From: Mobula hypostoma | Taxonomy: Eukaryota | Length of the DNA stretch: 64,000 nucleotides | Reading direction: 5' to 3' | NCBI RefSeq assembly: GCF_963921235.1 | Contig: NC_086097.1 | Location: 169,758,001-169,822,000, forward strand | Part shown: positions 38,955 through 52,400 of the stretch, one piece after another | Layout: each line of letters begins with the position of its first letter | How positions within the stretch are numbered: the stretch's first letter is position 1 | The notes under the pieces: model-generated | What the model was told of the DNA's origin: nothing | Databases searched by the model: none | Seen by the model: the letters and a program-made list of their open reading frames with translations, nothing else | Position numbers and translations under genes: made by a program

Positions 38955-41900
38955 TACAGCACAAGAACAGGTCCTTCTGCCCACAATGTTGTGCCGAACC
39001 AGCTAAAAAGTAAATCAAAAACTCCCAAAAATGAATCCCTCCTATCTACACAATGCGCATATCCCTCCAACTTCCTCACATTCATGTGCCTATGTCTAAT
39101 TTTTTTTGCCTTTACCACCATACCAGGCAGCACATTCCAGGCATTCGCCACTGAGTAAAAAACTTACCCCTCACATCCCCTTTGAATCTACCCCTTCTCG
39201 CCTTCAATCCCTGCCCTCTGGATTAGAAATTTCAACCCTGGGGGAAAAAGATACTCACCATCTACTCTGTCTATGCCTCTCATAATCTAATAAACCTCTA
39301 TCAGATTTCCCCTCAGCCCCTGCTGTTCCAGTGACAGCAGCCCAAGTTTGTCCAGCCTCTCATGATAGAACACGTCCTCTAAACCAGGCATCCTCTTGGT
39401 AAACCTCTTGTGCACTCTCTCCAAAGTATCAACATCCTTCCTATAGTGTAGTATATATATATATATAGGCATCCGTTAGCCTCGTGAGACCACGGATTTG
39501 CGCCTTGGAAGGTTTCCAGGGCGCAGGCCTGGGCAAGGTTTTATGGAAGACCGGCAGTTGCCCATGCTGCAAGTCTCCCCTCTCCACGCCACTGATGTTG
39601 TCCAAAGGAAGGGCACTAGGGCCGATATAGCTTGGCACCGGTGTCGTCGCAGAGCAATGTGTGGTTAAGTGCCTTGCTTAAGGACACAACACACTGCCTC
39701 AGCTGAGGCTCGAACTAGCGACCTTCAGATCACTAGACCAACGCCTTAACCACTTGGCCACGCGCCAGCACAAGCCTTCTTAACCACTCTATCAACTTGT
39801 GTGGCCACTTTACTGGAGCCATGAACTTTGATCCCAAGATCTCTCTGCTTGCCAGCACTGAGCATTTATCTGGGTTAAACTCCATCTGCCATTTCTCTGC
39901 CCATATCTGCAACTGATCTATATTGTGCTATAGTTTTTGCCAGTCTTCTACACCACCCAAATGTATAAAATACCTTGGGATTCACCTTAATCCTATATGC
40001 CAAGGACTTTTCATGGCCTCTCCTGGCTTCCCTAATGCCCTTCTTTAATTCTTTTCTGTGCCCCAGCACAGATCCCTGTGGACCATCACTAATTACAACT
40101 CTGGTTTGACTAAGTCCTTTTGACCATTTCCTTCTGTCTTCTGTGTGCAAGCCAACTCACTGCGGACCCCGTGCAGCTTAATCTTTTGGATTAATCTCCC
40201 ACGAGGGACTGTGTCAAATGCCTTACTAAAATCCATGTAAGCAACATCCACTGCTCTACCTTCATCGATCTCTCTTGTCACCTCTTCAAAAAACTCAGTC
40301 AAGTTGGTAAGTCACGACCTGCCCTCCACAAAGCCATGCTGGCTGTCCCTAATTAGGTCACCGGTTTCCAAATGCTCATATGTCCTTTCCCTAAGAACTT
40401 TTTTCCAACAATTTCCCTACAGCTGACAGAGACTCACCAGTCTATAGTTACCAGGATTTCCCCAAATAGAAGTATAATATTAGCCAGTCGTCTGTCCTCT
40501 GGGATCTCGCATGTGCCTAGAGAAGACATGAAGATGCTAGTCAAGGCGCCAGCGATCTCATCTCTTGCCTCCTTCAGTAACCTGGGTTAAATCCCATCAG
40601 ATTCTGGGGACTTATTCACCTCAATATTCATTAGGAGGCTCAACACTTCCTCCTCCTTGACCTCCAAATGCCCTAATATATACACTCTGCATTGATCTCC
40701 TGGTCCTCCATGTCATTTTCCTTGGTATATACTGATGCAAAGTACTCATTAAGTACCTCACTCCCACTCTCTGCATCCAAGCAAATGTTCCCCTCTTTAT
40801 CCTTGAGTGGTCCTAACCTCTCCCTAGTTATCCTCTTGCTCTTCATTTATATATAAAATGCCTTGGGATTCACCTTAATCCTACTTGCCAAGGACTTCTC
40901 ATGGCCCCACCTGGCTTTTCTAATGTCCTCCTTTAGTTCTTTTCTGGCTTCTTTGTAATCTTCGTGCTCTGTTTGATCCTAACTTCTGAAGATTTACATT
41001 CTTTCCCCTTTTTTTGACTAAATTTGTCACCTCTCTGGAGATCCAAAGTTCTCTAATCTTTCCATCCATGTTCTTCCTTCTAACAGGAACATACCTTTCC
41101 TGTACTCTGTGCAATTGATCTTTGCACACCCTGCACATATCTGATGTGGACTTGCCAGAGAAAATGTTTTTCCAATTAATATTATGTCCTGCCAATAGAA
41201 ACATAGAAAACCTACAGCACAATACAGGCCCTTCGGCCCACAATGCTGTGCCGAACATGTACTTACTTTAGAAATTACCTATGGTTACCCATAGCCCTCT
41301 ATCTTTCTAAGCTCCATGTACCTATCCAGGAGTCTCTTAAAAGACCCTATTGTATCCGCCTCCACCACAGTCACTGGCAGCCCATTCCGTGCACTCACCA
41401 CTCTCTGTGTAAAAAAAAACTTTATATCCCCTGATATCCCCTCTGTACCTACTTCCAAACACCTTAAAACTGTGCCCCCTCGTGTTAGCCATTTCAGCCC
41501 TGGTAATTTGCTGTACCCTCTTGTAATGCCCTCATAATGCCATCGTAATTTGCTGAACCCCAATTTAAAATTCTCCTGCAAGGACCATACCTATCCTTAT
41601 CTATAGCTATCCTGGAAGACAAGGAGTTGTGGTCACTGTTCCGTAACTGCTCACCCACTGAAAGGTCAATCGCCTGGCCAGGCTCACTACCCAACACCTG
41701 GTCCAGTGCATCCCCTTGCTCTAAGAGGTTCCAGTTTATATTAGGAAAGTTGAAATCCCCCATGACGACCACCCTATTATTTTTTACATATTTCTTTAAT
41801 CTGTCTACACATTTGTTCCTCAATGTCCCAGAGGCTAATGGGGGGAGGGGGTTGTAGTGCAATCCCATTAGTTTGATTGCACCCTTCCTGTTCCTGAGTT

Positions 41901-42120
41901 CTACCCAAACAGACTGTCTCTGACACCTCCATTATGTCTCCCTAAGTGCAGCTGTGATATTGTCCCTGATCAGCAGTGCAACTATTCCCCCCCCCCACTT
42001 ACCACCACCTCGATCTTCTCTAAAACTTAAAAAACCTGGTGCATTAATCATCCCTTCCTGCCCTCCTCTCAACCAAGTTTCTGTAATGGCCACACCCGTA
42101 CTGATGCATGATCTTAAGTT
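38955..42120 (-). mobile_element. Decayed, internally deleted CR1 with nested insertions
   Basis: Minus-strand VVVMGDFNFPNINW, SDHN, YMDFSKAFDTVP, PQGSVLG and 3' end; nested SINE at 39452-39766 and CR1 tail at ~41196-41500. Confidence 0.85.
39452..39766 (-). mobile_element. tRNA-headed SINE with RTE-like 3' end and (TA)n tail
   Basis: Minus strand starts GGCGCG-TGGCCAAGTGG (A box) ... GTTCGAGCC (B box); CpGs retained; ends in (TA)n. Confidence 0.85.
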
Positions 42121-42640
42121 CTACCCTCAATGAAATTTTGTGGCAGAGAAATTCTTTGCAAATTCCCTTTTCTATATATTTAGACACTTGATCTGTCAAA
42201 TATGATTTTTGCCTTTTGTATGTCCCTAGTAATTGGTTATTCTTCCAGCCAAGCCACTTAAACCTTATTTAAAAAAAAACAAATGGCTTGAGGAACTCAG
42301 CAGGATGGAAATAGGCAGTTAATGTCTTAACCAAGACCCATCGTCTGACCCCAGACTGAGTCCAGTTGAAGAGTGTTGACTGGACTAAGACTTCGTGTCC
42401 TTTTTCCTTCACAGATGCCGCCACACATGATGAGTTCCTTCAGCTGTTTGTCTTTTTGCTTCAGATTCCAGCATGCAGTATCTAGTGTTTACTTGATCCT
42501 GAATCTAGCTTTATTACATTACCATAATCCTGCAGCATTGAAACGTGTATAAACCATTCAGTTTAAGGCATTGTGATTTGTTTCTATAATCTGCATGTTA
42601 TTTATAAACAACAGTTTGTCATAATTTGATATTTCTTTAA

Positions 42641-42820
<180 letters not shown>

Positions 42821-43881
42821 TAAGTTCTCTGATTGTATTATAATGTCAATAGAACAGTTCTAATTCAAGATCAGCAGTCACGAATTACTACTCTTTAGTG
42901 CTTTTTAAATTTCTATAAATGTTTGTCCAATTTCAGTGAGGTGACATATCATCCTGAAGCTGCAATCATTGGGGGTGAGTGAGGAGCAATAAATTTGGAC
43001 AAATATTTTCTTTGTGAGAAAAGTACTTTTGGGTAGATTTCACCTTCTAACCAGAAGATATAGGGTATTGCAATGTGATGTTATTAGGAGATGCATCCAG
43101 ACAACTGTTGTTTTCAAAATGGTGTTGGAGACTCATCTACTGATGAGGTTGGTGCAGTTAAGAGCAACTTCAACATAACACTTACTGCAAGATAGGGAGG
43201 TGTCAGGTTACTTGTGTCTCATTCACTATCAACTGAAGTTGACATTGAGCTCTATAATTTTGGGGATCTTGCTGCAATTACATTTTGAGCTGTGCTACTG
43301 CAGGTTATGTTTTGACTTTTTCCACTAAAAAAAAGTTCCTCTTCATAGAATCATAAAATGGGCCCTTTCAGTCCACCTTGTCTGTGCTGACCACGATACC
43401 ATTATAATGTTATAAACATCTACAGTCACCCCTCAGCCTTTTACATTCTGTTGTAGTTTGATAGTTTGGCTCTTAAACCAATGTTTATTTTGAGAAACTG
43501 AACTTTTATTTGCATTAACCTTCAGTCTTTTAAAGAATGGCTAAATTTTTAAATGTAGTATATAACATAATTGCAATAGGTTTCTAAATGTTTTATTATG
43601 TTTTACCCCATGCCTTGCATGAGGTTTTCACATTTTGCAGAGCTGCTTTTATGAAGTAATTGAACACTACAAAATCTGAAGCAGATTGCAGTCCTCTAAT
43701 AGGTTGTATTATAGACGTGCATGCGCACCTACAATCTAGTTTTCACCTTGTTAAAGATGACTACTTCCATGTGTAAGTGAATCAGAGTAAATAATGAGTA
43801 ACAATCTGTAGAATTTAGGAATTTGATCAGTGTTTAAAGTTTCTGATCTTCTGGTGTTCATTATATGTTTGCCTTTCCTAG

Positions 43882-43999
43882 GATGGCTAAAAGGCACAAA
43901 ATGAAGCTGGTTTTAAAAAAAACTTTTGCAGAGTTTTTCGAAGACAAAGTCCGGAATCCAGAGCATAAATTGCTGTTGAAGAAGATGAAGTCACTAGAG
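43882..43999 (+). CDS. RNMT: RNMT coding exon 7 (MAKRHKMKLVLKKTFAEFFE..LLKKMKSLE)
   Basis: MAK...MKLV.KKTF.EF motif; acceptor ctag, donor gtaata; phase 2/0. Confidence 0.96.
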
Positions 44000-44114
44000 G
44001 TAATATGAAAACATAACCTTTGTTGTGTTAGACATAATTTAGTAAAGTAGAAGTTTAAATTTCCCATTCCACTTCCCCAAAAATACTTTTAGGATGTCTT
44101 AATTATATAACACT

Positions 44115-45870
44115 CTAAGATATAGGAGCAGTATTAGGCTATTTGGCCCATCGAGTCTGCTACACCATTTCATCATGGCTGATCCAATTTTCCTCTCTGC
44201 CCCAGTCTTCTACCTTCTCCTCACATCCCTTCATGCTTTGACTAATCAAGAATCTACAAGACTTTAAGTATACATTAAGACTTGGCCTCTACAGCTGCCT
44301 GAGGCAAAGAATTCCACAGATTCACCACTCTCTGGCTAAAGAAATTCCTCCTCATCTCCATTCTAAAAGGACTCCTCTCTATTCGAAGACTGTGTCTTCT
44401 GGTCTTAGCCTCTCCCACCATAGGAAACATCCTCTCCACATCCATTCTATCAAGGCCTTTCACTATTTGATAGGTTTCAATGAGGTCACCCCCCCATTCT
44501 TCTGAATTCTGGTGAATACAGGCCCAGAGCCATCAAATGCTTTTCATATGACAAGCCATTTAGTCCTGGAATCAATTTTGTGAACCTCCTTTGAACCCTC
44601 TCCAGTTTCAGCACACCTTTTCTAAGATGAGGGGCCCAAAACTGCTCACAATACTCCAAGTGAGGCCTCACCAGTGCTTTATAAAGTGCCAACATTACAT
44701 CCTTGTGTTTATATTCTAGTCCTCTTGAAATGAATGCTAATATACCATTTGTCTTCCTCACCACAGACTCAGCCTGCAAATTAATCTTTAGGGAATCCTG
44801 CACAAAGACTCTCAAGTCCCTTTGCACCTCAGTTCTGTTTTGTATTTTCTCTCCATTCAGAAAATAGTTAACCCTTTAATTTCTTCTACCAAAGTGCATG
44901 ACCATACTCTTGGCACTGTATTCCATCTGCCATTTCTTTGCCCATTCTCCTAATCTAAGTCCTTCTGTAGCTCTCTACTTCCTCAACACTATCTGTCCCT
45001 TCCACCTATCTTCATATCATCTGTAAACTTTGCAACAAATAATTCTATCATCCAAGTCACTGATATATAACGTAAAAAGAATCGGTCCCAACACAGACCC
45101 CTGTGGAACACCACTAGCCACTGGCAGCCAACCAGAAAATGCTCTCTTTATTCCCTACTTTGCCTCCTGCCAATCAGCTACTGCTTTATCCATGCTAGAA
45201 TCTTTCTTTTAAAACCATGTGTTGTAGTTTGTTAAGCAGCCTCATGTGTGGCACCTTGTCAAAGGCCTTCTGAAAATCCAAGCACACAACAGCTTGTTAT
45301 TTCTTCAAAGAATTCCAACAGATTTGTCAGGCGAGATTTTCCCCTGAGGAAACCATGATGACTACACCCTGTCTTATCATGTGGCTCCAAGTACCCTGAG
45401 ACCTCATCCTTAATAATCGACTCCAGCATTTCCCAACTACTGAGGTCAGACCAACTGGCCTTTCGTTTCCTTTTTTTCTGCCTCTTGAAGAATGGAATGA
45501 CATTTGCAATTTTCCAGTCTTCTGGAACCTTTTCAGAACCCTGGAGTGTACACCATCTGGTCCAGGTGACTTATCTACCTTCAGACCTCTCGTTTCCCAA
45601 GAACCTTCTCTCTAGTTATGGTAAATTCACGCACTTCATACCCCCTAACACCTGGACTTTCTACCATATTGCTAGTGTCTTCCACGGTGAAGACTGATGC
45701 AAAATCGTTATTCAGTTTATCTGCCATTTCCTTGCCCCCAGTACTACCTCTCCAGCCGTTTTCTAGCGGTCCAATATCCGCTCTCACCTCTCTCATACAC
45801 TCTATGTATCTGAAGAAACTTTTAGTATCCTCTTCAATATTATTGGCTAGCTTACTTTCATATTCCATGA
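44115..45870 (-). mobile_element. Decayed CR1 ORF2 3' half
   Basis: Minus-strand FASVFTVED, RPVGLTSVVGK, GVPQGSVLGP, LVRPHLEYCEQFWAP and 3' UTR. Confidence 0.9.
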
Positions 45871-47481
45871 AAGATGCAATGTAATTTCGTATCCTTTTTT
45901 TACTGTAGTGACGGGTAACTATTTCCACGATCTTTAAAAACAACATTAGAGTATAAGAAAATACAGGAGCAAGCTACCCAAACCCTCTAGCCAGCTCCTC
46001 CATCCTCCATTCAATATGATAATGAATGTTTAGAATTTGTTGACAGAGCTCTGGAGGCCAAATCACTGTGTATTTAAGACAGAGATTGATAGTTCTTGAT
46101 TGGTAAGGGAATTCAGGGTTACGGGGAAGGCTGAAGAATGTGACTGAGAAATAAAAATCAGCCTTGAATGAATGGCAGAGAGCAGACTTGATGAGCTGAA
46201 TGGCCCAATTCTACTCTTATATAATTTGATAACTGACCTATCTAAAGCCTCAACTCCTCTTCTGTGCCAGATTCCCATAGCCCTCAATTCTCTGATGTCT
46301 CAGAGGATTAGCTTCTTTCTCTTTAGATACTACTGTGATCTCACCTCTAATTTTCTGTGGTCAGAGGCTTCCAGAGATTTGTCAGAAAATTACGGTAAGT
46401 TTTCACACCTAGTATGACTATCCCCTAATTGTGTAATTTCCCCCCTTTGTTCGAGACTCTTCCACTGGTTGAAATGTCTCAACATCTGTCATGTCATAAC
46501 CCTTAAGGATCTTGTATGTTTTTATAAGATCAAACCGCCATTATTAAAACTCCAAAGTACATAGATCAAATTTCTTTACCATCATTCTTTCCTTTTAATA
46601 TTAGAGGTCTCATTCCTTTATACTGAATTTTGTAGAATCAGTTTCAAAGTAGATTTTTAAGAGAGTTGTAGAATCATTGTGGGTATGTGGAAGTATAGAT
46701 GAGCCTTGTCTAATTGATTTCACATATCCTTCTTGTTCCTTATGATAGGGAAGAGACTATTCAGCCTTTCCAGCCTGTGCTAGCTCTCAGAGCAATCCAT
46801 TTCTCCTGCTTATTTCTGTGCAATCTGTTTTCTTACCCCTGCCCATTACCACGCCTGCTTCATTGACCATCCACTTACAGCACGGGCAATTTACTGTAAC
46901 CAATTAGCTAAAAGCCAGTACAACTTTGAGGTATGTGGAGGTAATCAGAGCTTCAAGGAGAAAGCAGGTGGTCACAGAGGACGTGCAAACTCCACACTGT
47001 TGGCACTGGAGGTCAAAATCAAGCCTGGGTAACTATAGCTGTGAGACAGCAGCTCTACATTCTGTGCCACTAGAATAACTGTAGATGTAATATTTTATGC
47101 TGCAGTAGCTGACTTGGAGTTTTCAATGATGTCCCATTACTCATTTATAATGTTGACATATCACTGAGAGCACTTCCAAACACTTGTTGTCACAAGTTAG
47201 CACTTAGTGAGACTTCAGAGCTCCATATGGTATTCAGTGTTTTGATAGCATACATGTTTCCTCACAGTGAGGAATGTTTCCTCACAGTGAGGAATGATTC
47301 CTCTGCAGTGAGACCCCTCTATTTATCTAAACGTGTTTAAATTGTTTATTTAAAGAATGCTATGGGAATGCAAGATTGCAGTGATAATTAGAAGTTATGA
47401 CTGAATTGCCTTCAAATTTCTCTTTAATTTTTAAATGTCTTTTTGTAAGTGGTTTTAATACTTCTGTTGTATGTTTTGCAG

Positions 47482-47580
47482 CAATATCCCATTCCAGAGA
47501 ACAGCAGTTTTATATCTAACAAGAATGATTATAAACACGCAGAAGATTTCCTGAAGAATCCGCAAGCTAAGGCACCAATT
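47482..47580 (+). CDS. RNMT: RNMT coding exon 8 (QYPIPENSSFISNKNDYKHAEDFLKNPQAKAPI)
   Basis: 99-nt phase 0/0 exon; YP...DY.HA pattern of the RNMT lobe region; acceptor gcag, donor gtaagc. Confidence 0.9.
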
Positions 47581-48629
47581 GTAAGCTGAAACTTGGTCAT
47601 TTTTAGTTTGAGTAGTTTAATAAGCATCTTTTTAATGGCTTTTGATTAATCGACTTGGACCTTGCAAATCGTTTTGCAGCAAAAAGCAGAGATTTGTTTT
47701 GTGCTAATAAGAAGTTTAGTTATTAACAGTGGCTATTAGGTTATATGTAAAAAGGTACAAAATCTAAAGAATGCAGGGAAGTTAATTTTCTGATATTAAG
47801 GAGAATTGCGAAAGTTAGATGTTTTAAATTGATGCATTTGTGATACTGGTAGAAGGACAGGAAGAAAAGAATTGGGGTCAGAAGATTACAACGTGGGCTC
47901 AATTTGGTTGAGATAAGAAATTGCACAGAATAGCATACTTGAGTGGGAATAATATTTTACGGGCCTCCTAAAACTAACTGCAGTGTAGGACAGTATAAAT
48001 TAAAAAATGGGGGCTGCAATAATCTGTAGTAATTGTGAGGAGCTTTCATCTTGTAGATTGGATAAATCAAATTGGAAAAGATAATCTTGTGAGTGTGTTC
48101 TTAGTGTGTATTTGGGTGAAAACACATTGCTGGAAATATTCAGCTGGTCAGACAACATTGGAGAGGGAAATTGAGTTAAATGTGGAATCCATTGTCAAGG
48201 AAGCAGTAGTAGGACATTTAGCAAGGCGGGGTTCATGGTTGTAGAAAAGGGAATTCATGTTTGACAGACTTAACATTTTGAGGTTGTAACAAACCAAGTT
48301 GATTGAGAGAACCAATAAATGTACAGTATTTGGATATCCAGAAAAAATTCAGTAATGTGCCACATAGATTGCAGTGCATGGTAGGATATTGGGGCATTAG
48401 AGAAATATATTAGTATGGACAAAGGATTAGCTATCAAACAGAAAAAAGGCATAGTAATAATCCCAAAGAGGCTGAACTATGTGGAATCATCTTCACAAAG
48501 CTAATGAATTCACTGAGTTTGAAAATTTATTAACTGCAAAGACATTTGTAATATTTCAGAACGCTTATATGAATGGTGGGTTTCCCCATAAGATCTATAC
48601 AGTTTTCGAGAGGCAGCAATTCACTAATG

Positions 48630-49070
48630 CTTCCCCTTGAGTCCCTCCGTTGGTTGGGGTCAACCTTTTATGTTGTGTCTCAGCGATCTATGTGATATGC
48701 AAGCCAGGGCAGTACAATATGTAAAGCAAGCTGTTGCCAAATTAGCAGACACCCCCTCTCCATGCAGCTGGTTAATCCAAAGGAGTAGCAGAAGCTGACA
48801 GTTTGGCACCAGCAATGATGTAGGAATTGCCCATCAGCATTCAATTCAACATGGGTCTGTCTGAGTGACTCTAACTCCAGGTCTTTACTCGGGATTTACT
48901 CCCATAGCCTTCCCCATGAGTAGGTATAGCTGCGAGGCAGCAGAGGTTTGAGTTCAGGGCTGATCTTCTAGATGAGCTGCCAAACATGGTTGACCAGCTC
49001 CATCTGCCCTGAGTGACTGGTTTTAAGGTGCCTGTAACGTGCCTTTGCCCCTTCTCCTGTCAGTATGCAT
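48630..49070 (-). mobile_element. Decayed RTE-like repeat fragment
   Basis: Similar to the RTE-like part of the SINE at 39452-39766 (gttgccc..gca..cccctctcca..tccaaagga..ttggcacc). Confidence 0.45.
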
Positions 49071-49269
49071 GACTATGTTAGGCTATGTGTGCAAACAAAT
49101 TTGATGGACAGAGCTCAAGCAGTATGCTTTAGGGCTACCCCACATCTTGAACATTTAAATGTTGGGATAGTTAATAGTTCAACTTACCTTCTTTTAATTT
49201 GACTGTGGGACAAAGTGGCAGCAGCAACTGGAAATGAGCAGAGTAACAAATGTGGTAGTGTGAAATGGA

Positions 49270-50060
49270 ACAAGGGAATTGGTTGTTGACTTCAGAAGGA
49301 GTAGCGGACTGCATGACTCAATTTACATCGGTGGTGTGTAAGTGGAACAGGTCAAAAGCTTTAAGTTCCTTGGGGTCAGTATCACAAATGACCTGACTTG
49401 GTCCAACCAAGCAGAGTCCACTGCCAAGAAGGCCCACCAGCGCCTTTACTTCCTGAGAAAACTGAAGAAATTTGGCCTGTCCCCTAAAACACTCACTAAT
49501 TTTTATAGATGCACCGTAGAAAGCATTCTTCTAGGGTGCATCACAACCTGGTATGGAAGTTGTCCTGTCCAAGACCGGAAGAAGCTGCAGAAGATCGTGA
49601 ACACAGCCCAGCACATCACACAAACCAATCTTCCATCCTTGGACTCACTTTACACTGCACGCTGTCGGAGCAGTGCTGCCAGGATAATCAAGGACGCGAC
49701 CCACCCAGCCAACAGACTTTTCATCCCTCTTCCCTCTGGGAGAAGGCTCAGGAGCTTGAAGACTCGTACGGCCAGATTTGGGAACAGCTTCTTTCCAACT
49801 GTGATAAGACTGCTGAACGGATCCTGACCCGGATCTGGGCCGTACCCTCCAAATATCCGGACCTGCCTCTCGGTTTTTTTGCACTACCTTACTCTCAATT
49901 TTTCTATTTTCTATTTATGATTTGTAATTTAAATTTTTAATATTTACTATCAATTTGTAATCCAGGGAGAGGGAAGCGCAGAATCAAATATCACTATGAT
50001 GATTGTAAGTTCTAGTATCAATTGTTTGGCGACAATAAAGTATAAAGTATAAAGTAAAGT
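49270..50060 (+). mobile_element. Rex1/Babar-like LINE 3' fragment
   Basis: ORF 49342-49827 FKFLGV..KKAHQRLYFLRKL..FYRCTVESIL..NSFFPTVIRLLN; AATAAA + (aaagtat)n tail. Confidence 0.88.
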
Positions 50061-50324
50061 AATGGTAAGTGCGATGAGTATAGATGGTTGATTGATGGTC
50101 AGCTAGAGTATGACGGGCCTGTTTGTGCTGCATTACTCTGATCTGAACATTAGAATTAATTCTAATTTCATATTTAAATAGTTGAAATTACAACGATGTA
50201 AATCTGTGGGGTGTATAAAAAAACTACATATTGGATACTATTCTGTGATGCCTGGAATATAATTATGAATTTTTCATTTGTCTTTTGTCATTACAAAAAT
50301 GGTTTTGTGTTGTTTGTTTCACAG

Positions 50325-50358
50325 GGAACATTAAGCAAATCTGAATGGGAGGCTACAA
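50325..50358 (+). CDS. RNMT: RNMT coding exon 9 (GTLSKSEWEAT)
   Basis: Conserved GTLSKSEWEA; acceptor acag, donor gtaag; phase 0/1. Confidence 0.96.
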
Positions 50359-50581
50359 GTAAGAATAACAATTTAAAATTGGCTGATATGAAGTTGTAAA
50401 GTAAAAATCAGTTAAATTTGTATTGATATTCCTGGTTGTTTTCATACATCTAATTATAAAAGAGGATTGATCTTGGCTTTTCACTTAACTATAATTAATT
50501 TAGAACCTCACTGTAATAGATGTGCTGTCATTATTGTTGATCTGCTAATCTTTGCATGACACGACTGAAACTTTGTTATAG

Positions 50582-50600
50582 TGGCCACTAGATGGCACAG
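50582..50600 (+). promoter_or_regulatory. Candidate CTCF binding site
   Basis: TGGCCACTAGATGGCACAG fits the CCASYAGRKGGCR core; lies in non-repeat intronic DNA. Confidence 0.55.
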
Positions 50601-51106
50601 GTTCTGCGCACATGCTAGAACATTACAAAGTTAACTTGCCTCACAGGCCAATATTATTTTCCCTGAATATATAGTCTGCTTCGGACTTTAAATATTACAA
50701 AGCAAGCTATTGCAGGTACTGAAAATCTGAAGTAATAAATGTGCTGGAAATTATTAACACAATTAACAGTACATAGAGCAGAATCAGGTTTGTTAGCATT
50801 CTTATGACATGAAATCTGTTGCAGCAGAAACCTGATGGCAGAGGGGAGGAGCTGTTCCTGAAATGAGTGAGGGTTTTCAGGTCAATCCTGATGGGAATGG
50901 GCATGCCTTAGACAGTGAAGACCCTTAGTGATGGATGGGAACTTCTTAAGACACCAGTTCTTGAAGATATGCTTGAAAGTGAGGAGGGCTGTGGCTGTGA
51001 TGGAGTTGGCTGAGTCAAAGCTCTCTGCAGCTTCTTGCATTGGAGCTTCCATTCCAAGCTGTGAAGGCATACCAGGCAGAGAAACAGATAAAAGTTTTTG
51101 TAACAT

Positions 51107-51219
51107 ACATCAAAGTTGCTGGTGAACGCAGCAGGCCAGGCAGCATCTATAGGAAGAGGCGCAGTCGACGTTTCAGGCCGAGACCCTTCGTCAGGACTAA
51201 CTGAAGGAAGAGCTAAAAG
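51107..51219 (-). mobile_element. 113-bp PLE-derived insertion with 21-bp TSD
   Basis: agataaaagtttttgtaacat repeated exactly at 51086-51106 and 51220-51240. Confidence 0.9.
51162..51199 (-). ncRNA. Minimal type I hammerhead ribozyme motif (PLE-type)
   Basis: Minus strand UAGUC-CUGACGA-AGG(GUCUCGG)CCU-GAAAC-GUC-GACUG: intact core, stem I, stem II and palindromic ACGU in place of stem III. Confidence 0.8.
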
Positions 51220-51519
51220 AGATAAAAGTTTTTGTAACATCCTTTCATCAGAATTACAACCTTTTTATCACATAAAACTAGTGATCAGTTCAATGTTGGT
51301 TAGAGATGCATAAAGATTGTTCCTAGATTATGGTAGAGTTCCATTCCTGCCACTTGATTGTAACCAAGACAGCAATCCCCACTCTCCACCGCCCCCCGCC
51401 CCCGCACCTGATAAATCCACTCTGCTGTTCCCCAAATGGTAGTTCATGTGGAGGGGCTGAACATGTGTCAGATTTCATAATCTGAAGAGAAGCTCCACTC
51501 CAAATTAGCTTAGTTAAAA

Positions 51520-52400
51520 AGAAAATGGAGCAGTACAGCATAGGAACACATCACTCAGCCCACAGTATTGCGCTGAACCAGCTTAAAAGGTAAATCAAAA
51601 ACACCCTAAAGCTAATCCCTCCTACCTACACCATGCCCATATACCTTCAATGTCCATATCAAACCTTCCTTGCATTCATGTGCCTGTCCAAACGCCTTTA
51701 ATGTATTTGCCTCTACCTCCATACCAGGCAGCACATTCCAGACGTCCACGTCTCTAAAAACCTGCTCCTCACACTCCCCTTGAACCTACCAGCTCTCACC
51801 TTTAGTCCATGCCCTCTGGTATTGGACATTTCAACCCTGGGAAACTGATTCTGTCTGTCCACTTCATCTATGCCTTTCAAGATCCTATAAATCTCGATTA
51901 GATCTTCCCTCAGCCTCTGGCACTCCACAGAAAAGAACCCAAATTTATCCAGCCTCTTGTGATAGCACATGCTCTCTAAACTAGGCAGCATACTGGTAAA
52001 CATTTTCTGCACCCTCTCCAAAGCCTCAACATCTTCCCTATAGTGGGGTGACCAAAACTGTATGCTAAAGTCCACATGTGTCCTAACCAGAGTTTTATAA
52101 AGTTGCAACATGACCTCTTGACTTTTGAACTCAATGCCTGGACTTATAAAATCAAGCATTCCATAAACCTTTCCTGCCTTATTGACCTGTGTAGCCACTT
52201 TCAAGGAGCTGTGAACTTGGATCCCGAGATCTTTCTGCTCAGCAACACTGTAAAGGGTCTTACCATTAACAGTGTATTGTCTCCTTGTATTTGCCCCTCC
52301 AAGGTGCAACACCTCATATTTATCTGGGTTAAACTCCATCTGCCATTTCTCTGTCCATATCTGCAACTGATCTATGTCATACTGTATTCTTTGCCAGTCT
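51520..52400 (-). mobile_element. CR1 3' fragment
   Basis: ORF 51713-52366 WQMEFNPDK..LYKTLVR..QFWSPHY. Confidence 0.9.

Noticed and set aside
39690..39766. tRNA gene
   Set aside because: Has A/B boxes but runs directly into a SINE body and tail; no complete cloverleaf evident
47254..47310. Iron-responsive-element-like CAGTGA hairpins in a 20-bp tandem duplication
   Set aside because: Flanks do not form the 5-bp upper stem with bulged C around a CAGUGN loop, and the site is intronic
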